A DNA stretch of 64,000 bases from a virus: IMG/VR virus record IMGVR_UViG_3300018424_005577, positions 1 through 64,000 of that record, one strand, 5' to 3'. Both the position numbers and the translations under genes were made by a program. Positions 58,077 to 64,000 of this stretch are shown piece after piece; position 1 is the stretch's first letter; every line of letters begins with the position of its first letter. The notes below the pieces were generated by a model. The model searched no databases. It was not told where the DNA came from and was given only the letters and a program-made list of their open reading frames with translations.

Positions 58077-59219
58077 ATGAAAGTTTACGATATTGTTTCT
58101 CTTAGAGAAGATGAATTGCCAAACGCTAGTATGAGCGATTTGCGTTCTATGCAGTTTGTTGCTGACAAGCAAATATTACCTGATGGAAAAGTAAGAGTTT
58201 TATTACCAGATGGTCAAATCTTAGATTTTGCCGACGAGGCTGAACTAGAAAGAGAAACACGAAAAGCTAAATCTAGACTAGCAACAAAAATAAGAGGGAT
58301 ACCTAGTTTAACTAAACTTGCATCAAGTGCCGCAAGAGTAAACTGGTGGATACAAATTTCGGAAGCAATATATTCAGCTTACACAGAATTTAGCACAAAT
58401 GGAATTAACGGTAATTACGAAGCAGTAAAAATGGAACTGCTTGAAGTAGGTGTTGCCGCTGGTTTAAGAGTAGTAATAGGAACTGTAAGAACACTGGCTA
58501 AAGGAGCAGGAGCTCTTAAATGGATCAAACGTTTAACTACTGCTAAACGTTCAGCACAAATGGCAACAGCGGCGTTAGGCGCGGCAGGTTTTGCAACAGG
58601 AGGTATAACCTGGGTAGGTGCATTGATTACAGGTGCCGGTTGGATTGCTACGGAAGTTGCGCTATACCTAGCTACAGATTATATAGCCGATATGATCATG
58701 GATGAGTTTTTCAATCCTGAAGAAGTTGAAAAAGAATTAGCAGAACAACTGCAAGATGAATTAAGTTTAATTTTAGGTTTGACTAGAAGTGCTAGACACG
58801 TAGACGCTGACGGTGATGGCGAGCCAGACAATATCAATCCAGAAACTGGCAATGTAGTAGATCCAGAAACTGGTCAGGATTACAAATATGATTTAGGTGA
58901 TTTAACTCCTGATGATATAGAAAGATTACGCAATGCTACTCCAGGTCAAATTAATCAACTAGCCGATGATCCAAGATTTTCTGATGTATTGTCAGACTAT
59001 AGAAATAGGATGGACAGCATAGGCGGTCCTAATTCACGTCGTAGAAGTATAACTGATTTCGAAAGAGAATCAGTGCGTGAAGAATCTGACGAAGGAAAAG
59101 TAGCAGGTACTGAAGAACTACAAGGATTTGTAAACTTCTTAAAAGACAAAGGCTACGACAGAGATTTACGCACTAAAGTTGTAAAAGTTGCACAGCATAC
59201 TATGCGTCAATCAGATTAA
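58077..59219 (+). CDS. Hypothetical late protein with hydrophobic Gly/Ala-rich segments
   Basis: 380 aa; central AALGAAGFATGGITWVGALITGAGWIA, DADGDG motif, acidic C-terminal half. Confidence 0.7.
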   Translation: MKVYDIVSLREDELPNASMSDLRSMQFVADKQILPDGKVRVLLPDGQILDFADEAELERETRKAKSRLATKIRGIPSLTKLASSAARVNWWIQISEAIYSAYTEFSTNGINGNYEAVKMELLEVGVAAGLRVVIGTVRTLAKGAGALKWIKRLTTAKRSAQMATAALGAAGFATGGITWVGALITGAGWIATEVALYLATDYIADMIMDEFFNPEEVEKELAEQLQDELSLILGLTRSARHVDADGDGEPDNINPETGNVVDPETGQDYKYDLGDLTPDDIERLRNATPGQINQLADDPRFSDVLSDYRNRMDSIGGPNSRRRSITDFERESVREESDEGKVAGTEELQGFVNFLKDKGYDRDLRTKVVKVAQHTMRQSD

Positions 59220-59444
59220 CGGCAATCCTGTTTTATTAGTAGTTTCAATATTATCTTTAATAATCTTAGATAGAACATCTCTATCGTCTACACTTATTTT
59301 ATAGAACAAGTCGTCGTAGCTTAGTGCGCCTCTCATATTCCAACCTATTCTATACAATGTATCTTTGAGTTGTTTTATATCGTTTTCGTATTGTACTGAA
59401 AGCTCTTGTATCGCCGAGACGGATAGATTCAAGAGCGTGTTACG
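59211..59444 (-). CDS. C-terminal -1 frame extension of the hub chaperone (gp51-position small ORF)
   Basis: Open -1 frame overlapping the end of 59429..60256 at a T TTT TTC slippery site; no convincing independent start with a Shine-Dalgarno. Confidence 0.65.
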   Translation of the reverse strand, partial: RNTLLNLSVSAIQELSVQYENDIKQLKDTLYRIGWNMRGALSYDDLFYKISVDDRDVLSKIIKDNIETTNKTGLPLI

Positions 59445-60256
59445 AAAAAACTTGAGTAGTCCATGTTTACATTTGTAGTAAACGCATGATCGCATTCTGC
59501 ACAATTTACAGTTTCTAAAGGATTGTTAAATGTTTTTTTAATTTCTTCAACATGTTTTTTTATTTCTCTATAAAACAATGAATCGCTTTGTGCAATGAAA
59601 TCATTTATAGATTTTGGATCAGTTTCTTTTTCGTTTGTAGACTCAATGCTAGAAATATACTCTAACATTATTTCTAATTGAAGTGCTGTAAGCTCTTTCA
59701 TTACTTCAGAAATATGAGCATCTTTTTGTTCTTTGGTCCAGTCTTCGGGCAATCCTACAACCTGTCTTTGGAAAGTATAGTTACGTAAATTATACGCAGT
59801 CATTTGATCATAAGTCATAGGTTCATAATTAAATTTTAGACCCTCTATAACATTAGAATCAGGAAATGTTCTGTTTTGAAATTTTTCGAGATAGGCTTGT
59901 AAATTTAAAGCAAACGAAGATTTAGCCTTACATTCAGGACATGTTACTTCCATATCTAGTGTTTCGCCATATGTAGCTATTCTAATAGCAATTAACGCAA
60001 AGTCTATGTCAATAGTAGGCATTAGTCCTGGTTTTAATATTGTAGGAATACAACTTTGAATAACTTGCTTTGTAGCATCGCCATTAAAAAGTGCATCTGG
60101 TGTTTTAAGTAATATTTCGTCTGCCGCAGTCATTCCGAATACTGGCAGACTTACAGCTTGTCCATCAGCTAAAACCCCGTCGGGATAATAATTAGGAGAC
60201 GGTAGATCAATATATATCTTAGGCTGTCTTTTGTACGATTCAAGAAAACTGCTCAT
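59429..60256 (-). CDS. gp26: Baseplate hub assembly protein, T4 gp26-like
   Basis: IDLPS, MTAADE..L, DIDFALIAIR..TYGE.L...VTCPEC, C-terminal CAEC...SSFF. Confidence 0.75.
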   Translation of the reverse strand: MSSFLESYKRQPKIYIDLPSPNYYPDGVLADGQAVSLPVFGMTAADEILLKTPDALFNGDATKQVIQSCIPTILKPGLMPTIDIDFALIAIRIATYGETLDMEVTCPECKAKSSFALNLQAYLEKFQNRTFPDSNVIEGLKFNYEPMTYDQMTAYNLRNYTFQRQVVGLPEDWTKEQKDAHISEVMKELTALQLEIMLEYISSIESTNEKETDPKSINDFIAQSDSLFYREIKKHVEEIKKTFNNPLETVNCAECDHAFTTNVNMDYSSFFVTRS

Positions 60257-60267
60257 ATTATAATTCC

Positions 60268-60310
60268 TATAAATACATTATGTTATATACTTTATTTAAG
60301 TCTATAAATA
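60268..60310. promoter_or_regulatory. Divergent late promoter cluster
   Basis: TATAAATA (+) at 60268-60275 and 60303-60310; CTTAAATA (-) at 60300-60293. Confidence 0.7.
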
Positions 60311-60326
60311 ACCAGGAGATTTAGAT

Positions 60327-62654
60327 TTGGCAGTAAGAATACAAGGTGGTGGTGAACTTGACGGTGCAATACTAGCAGGTGTAGCTACCGAAGATGGTCA
60401 AAACGCAATCAGACAGCTTTTAGGCGGTCTACCTGGTGAATTAGGCAGAACTACCGCAGATAATATCAACGCAGCCAACGATTCTGGCGCTAACATGATC
60501 AGTCGCATGGCGCAAGGTACTATGACCGCTGTTACAGAAACGTTAACAGGAACTGCAAGTACGATTGCAGGAATAAGCGGTAACTTAATCCAAGGTAATT
60601 TTGCTCTTACTGATCAAACTAAAGTATTAAAAGATTCTTTTGGAAATTTAAACACAGGCTCTAATTTTCTAAACGGAGCCTTTGCAACTCTAGCAGGCGG
60701 TGCCGACAATGTAGTAAAATACATTCAAGATTCAGCAGATGCATTTAGGGGAATGAGTGATGCTGGCGGAGGTCTTGAAGGAGATTTAATTACTCTTAGA
60801 GTAGCCGCGGCCCAAACTAGAATGCCTCTAGATGAATTTGCAGGAATGGTAACTGAAAATTCTGCAAAACTTTTAGCATTAGGTGGTAGTGTTGATCAAG
60901 GTACAAGAGCATTTGTAGAACAAAGTAAAGCATTTTATGATAGTAGACTAGGTTTAGGTGTTCAAGCTCTAGGTATAGGATTTGAAGAATCAAATCAATA
61001 TCTAATGGACTATATGGATGCCCAGCGTAGAAATGATACCTATCAAAATATGACTACAAGTCAGAGAAATAAAGCCGCTCAAGATTATATCTACGAATTA
61101 GATACACTAGCAAGACTAACAGGTAAAAGTCGTAAAGAACTTCAAGATGAAGCTAGGCAAAGAATGCGAGCAGGTCAAACTCAAGCCGCTCTAAGGCAGA
61201 TAGAAAAACGCACAGGTCAAGATGTTACTGCGGCTTATCAAACAATGGCTAGAGATATCAACGGAACACTCGGTCCTGGTTTTGCAGATATGTTTGATAG
61301 CATGGTTGCACTAAATGGCGCAATTGACCCAACTAATGAAGCAATGAAAGGGTTGTATGCCGCGGCACCAGAGGCTGCTGAATCTATGAGTCAGGCAGCA
61401 AAATTAATGAACCAAGGTGACATTGAAGGTGCTAATCGAATGATGGAGCAAGCACAGGCTCAAGCACTAGCAAGAATGGATTCTGATGAATACCTAAGTG
61501 TAGCAAGACTGGGCGGACTAGCAGGCGCAGTTGGTACAGCAAGTTCGGATTTACTAGAAGTTAATCAAGACTTTTTAGATGCAATTAAAACTCAAATTGA
61601 TGGTAATAACAGAGCTGGTGCAAGTGCAGAAGAATTTGCAAATGCGTTAAACAGGGCAAGAGAAAATATTGCTACAGCACAAAATAACACGCAAAGCTCT
61701 CCAACTATGGGAGGTGTTGTTGCAACTGAAACAATGATTAGAGATACTGCTAGTGCTTTAGTAACAGAAATTGGCACTCAGTTTAGAACACAAATCGAAG
61801 GTGGAATGTTAGCTGTAAGAGATACAGTATTAAACAGCGAAATCGATCAAACAGTTCAAGATGTTATAAGAGGCGCAGGATCGATTATAGATCCTTCTGG
61901 TGTAGATGGAATAATAAACGGATTACAAAATATTATTAATGATCCTGAAGCAAGCGAGCAATCTAAAGCCAATGCTCAACAATTATCAGAAATACTACAA
62001 GAACAAAGAGCAATACTTGTTGATTTAAATTCTTCACAAGCAGAAAAAGAAGCGGCTCTAGCATCTATCCAAGCAATATCACTAGAAGCACAAAATGATG
62101 TTACAAGAGTTCGCGAAGATATGCAACAAAATGATATTAATTTGGTTAACAGTTTAGTTGAAAGTGTAGGCACTGCTATTACTGATGCATTTAATAGTAT
62201 TTTTGGTAACGGAACTACAATACCAGACGCAGAATTTCCTAACGCACAATTTCCAGAAGGGTCACCTCCTACTCAGATGAACAACGGTACAGTTGGCGAA
62301 TTTGGTAGACTATTTGCTGATTTTGGCGAAGGTACATCAGCAACATTACATAACAACGAAATGGTAGCAAACGAAGCTCAAATGCGAGAAGGTGTAAGAG
62401 AACTTACAAGTAGAATACAAAGTAGAGCAATTACTGCTCGTGCGAATCAACCTGCTCCTAACCAAGATTTTTCAGAAGTTATAAATCAACTTAGAACAAT
62501 GCTTCAAGAATCAGGCAGTCAGGGACAAGAAATGTTAAATACTACACTACAAGAATTAGCTGGCGTAGCACATAGACAGCTTGATGTTCAGTCTAAGAAC
62601 TTACGTGCTTCTAGAAATTTAAGTGGAAATGTGTTTAAAGGCTTAGGATTTTAA
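60327..62654 (+). CDS. Probable tail tape measure protein (TTG start)
   Basis: 775 aa, Ala/Gln/Gly-rich and helical; AGGAG Shine-Dalgarno and late promoter; next to the hub chaperone; C-terminal FGEGT.A.LH.NE.V. Confidence 0.65.
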   Translation: MAVRIQGGGELDGAILAGVATEDGQNAIRQLLGGLPGELGRTTADNINAANDSGANMISRMAQGTMTAVTETLTGTASTIAGISGNLIQGNFALTDQTKVLKDSFGNLNTGSNFLNGAFATLAGGADNVVKYIQDSADAFRGMSDAGGGLEGDLITLRVAAAQTRMPLDEFAGMVTENSAKLLALGGSVDQGTRAFVEQSKAFYDSRLGLGVQALGIGFEESNQYLMDYMDAQRRNDTYQNMTTSQRNKAAQDYIYELDTLARLTGKSRKELQDEARQRMRAGQTQAALRQIEKRTGQDVTAAYQTMARDINGTLGPGFADMFDSMVALNGAIDPTNEAMKGLYAAAPEAAESMSQAAKLMNQGDIEGANRMMEQAQAQALARMDSDEYLSVARLGGLAGAVGTASSDLLEVNQDFLDAIKTQIDGNNRAGASAEEFANALNRARENIATAQNNTQSSPTMGGVVATETMIRDTASALVTEIGTQFRTQIEGGMLAVRDTVLNSEIDQTVQDVIRGAGSIIDPSGVDGIINGLQNIINDPEASEQSKANAQQLSEILQEQRAILVDLNSSQAEKEAALASIQAISLEAQNDVTRVREDMQQNDINLVNSLVESVGTAITDAFNSIFGNGTTIPDAEFPNAQFPEGSPPTQMNNGTVGEFGRLFADFGEGTSATLHNNEMVANEAQMREGVRELTSRIQSRAITARANQPAPNQDFSEVINQLRTMLQESGSQGQEMLNTTLQELAGVAHRQLDVQSKNLRASRNLSGNVFKGLGF

Positions 62655-62657
62655 TAG

Positions 62658-64000
62658 ATGAGTTGGAAAAAATATTTTACTCCTGTTCAAACTGGTGATA
62701 ATACATCAGGAAGCTTCTCTCCTTTTTCTAATACTAGAGGAGGACAGCCAGGACCTGCACGTACAAATTATAGTTCATATTTGCCAGATGTATACGTAGG
62801 ATCGCCCAACCGTGTTGAAAGATACGGACATTATAATACAATGGATTTAGATTCTGAAGTAAATGCGGCATTAGACATTCTTGCAGAATTTTGCACACAA
62901 AAGAATGACCAAAACGGAACAAACTTCAAGTTCGAATTTACCAAAAGTGCAACCAACTCAGAAGTACAAATTTTAAGTCAGTACCTCAAACAATGGTACA
63001 AACTCAATAACTTTGAAACTAGAATGTTCAGAGTATTGCGTAATGTATTCAAGTATGGTGATCAAATCTTTTTAAGAGATCCAGAAACAAAAAAATTATT
63101 TCATATTGATCCAGCTAAAGTTAAAAGAATTATTGTAAATGAATCAGAAGGTAAAACTCCTGAGCAATATATTGTTAGAGATATAAACTTTAACTTTAGA
63201 GATTTAGTAGCTACAACGCCTCATCAAACAAATGGAAACATTACTGGAGGCGGAGAAGGTTATATCACCGGCGGTGTTAGAGGCATGGTAGGACAACCTA
63301 ATCAAGCAACCTCCGGCAGTCGTTTTTCACTAGAAGATGGTGAAATAGCTATTGATGCAAAACATATTATACATCTAAGTTTATCAGAAGGTCTTGATAA
63401 TAACTATCCATTTGGTAATAGCTTGCTTGAAACAGTATTTAAAGTGTACAAGCAAAAAGAATTGCTTGAAGATGCAATTATTATCTACAGAGTGCAACGA
63501 GCACCTGAAAGGAGAGTATTCTACGTTGATGTGGGCAACATGCCATCACACCTTGCTATGCAATTTGTTGAGCGTGTTAAAACGGAAATACACCAAAGAC
63601 GTATCCCATCCGCGACTGGGGGCGGTCAGAATGTCATAGACTCTAGTTACAATCCTCTATCAATCAACGAAGATTACTTTTTCCCTCAAACTGCTGAAGG
63701 CCGTGGCAGTAAAGTTGAAACACTACCAGGAGGAACTAATCTCGGAGAAATTGACGACTTAAGATATTTTACAAATAAACTTGTACGCGGTTTGCGTATA
63801 CCTAGCTCATACTTACCAACAGGTGCAGACGATGGCGCAACATCTTATAATGACGGTCGTGTTGGTACTGCATACATTCAAGAACTTCGTTTTAACACAT
63901 ACTGTGAACGCTTGCAAGGTCTTGTAATAGAAGATTTAAATCAAGAATTTAAACGTTACTTGTTAGAAAAAGGTGTAAACATTGATACTAACATGTTTGA
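62658..64000 (+). CDS. gp20: Portal vertex protein, T4 gp20-like, 3' truncated (not in the ORF track)
   Basis: Manual translation: MSWKKYF...LLEDAIIIYRVQRAPERRVFYVDVGNMP...EDYFFP...GRGSKVETLPGG.NLGEIDDL.YF..KL.RGL.IP.S, the gp20 signature. Confidence 0.93.
   Translation, partial: MSWKKYFTPVQTGDNTSGSFSPFSNTRGGQPGPARTNYSSYLPDVYVGSPNRVERYGHYNTMDLDSEVNAALDILAEFCTQKNDQNGTNFKFEFTKSATNSEVQILSQYLKQWYKLNNFETRMFRVLRNVFKYGDQIFLRDPETKKLFHIDPAKVKRIIVNESEGKTPEQYIVRDINFNFRDLVATTPHQTNGNITGGGEGYITGGVRGMVGQPNQATSGSRFSLEDGEIAIDAKHIIHLSLSEGLDNNYPFGNSLLETVFKVYKQKELLEDAIIIYRVQRAPERRVFYVDVGNMPSHLAMQFVERVKTEIHQRRIPSATGGGQNVIDSSYNPLSINEDYFFPQTAEGRGSKVETLPGGTNLGEIDDLRYFTNKLVRGLRIPSSYLPTGADDGATSYNDGRVGTAYIQELRFNTYCERLQGLVIEDLNQEFKRYLLEKGVNIDTNMF

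Noticed and set aside
57558-58172. Minus-strand ORFs 57558..57764, 57586..57828 and 57909..58172
   Set aside because: Atypical composition, overlaps with neighbouring features, and no motifs; the region is better explained by RNA or DNA structure.
59445-59504. Track start of the 97-aa ORF at 59504
   Set aside because: It lies inside the gp26-like coding region with no Shine-Dalgarno; the frameshift explains this frame better.
62734-63639. ORFs 62734..62922 (-) and 63394..63639 (+)
   Set aside because: Both are shadows of the portal gene starting at 62658.
1-64000. Stop-codon reassignment, CRISPR array, diversity-generating retroelement, tRNA genes, inteins
   Set aside because: TAA, TAG and TGA all end genes and very long ORFs are intact under code 11. 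By eye I saw no repeat-spacer array, reverse transcriptase, tRNA or intein motif; a computational scan would be needed to exclude them fully.

Overview
AT-rich 64-kb segment of a large T4-related (myovirus-type) phage genome, read with the standard code 11. On the minus strand, 1-17156 is a translationally coupled modification operon. It holds nine radical SAM enzymes (one cut by the window edge and missed by the ORF track; five with an unusual N-terminal twitch domain), a QueC-like PP-loop ATPase, a 2OG-Fe(II) oxygenase, a methyltransferase-like protein and three glycosyltransferase genes. Also on the minus strand, 17212-53129 is the tail-fibre/baseplate module: four paralogous fibres, a 5368-aa wedge/adhesin protein, and gp6, gp25, gp5, hub, gp53 and tube-initiator homologs. 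On the plus strand follow late sigma factor gp55, gp47, gp46, a GIY-YIG protein and a ~360-nt GC-rich structured non-coding region. After that come a gp26-like hub chaperone gene with a textbook -1 frameshift signal (minus strand), a probable tape measure and the gp20 portal (truncated). The best leads are the radical SAM/glycosyltransferase cluster, the candidate ncRNA behind the GIY-YIG gene, the programmed frameshift, and overlapping early/late promoters at gp55. All calls come from reading motifs by eye; no database searches were run.
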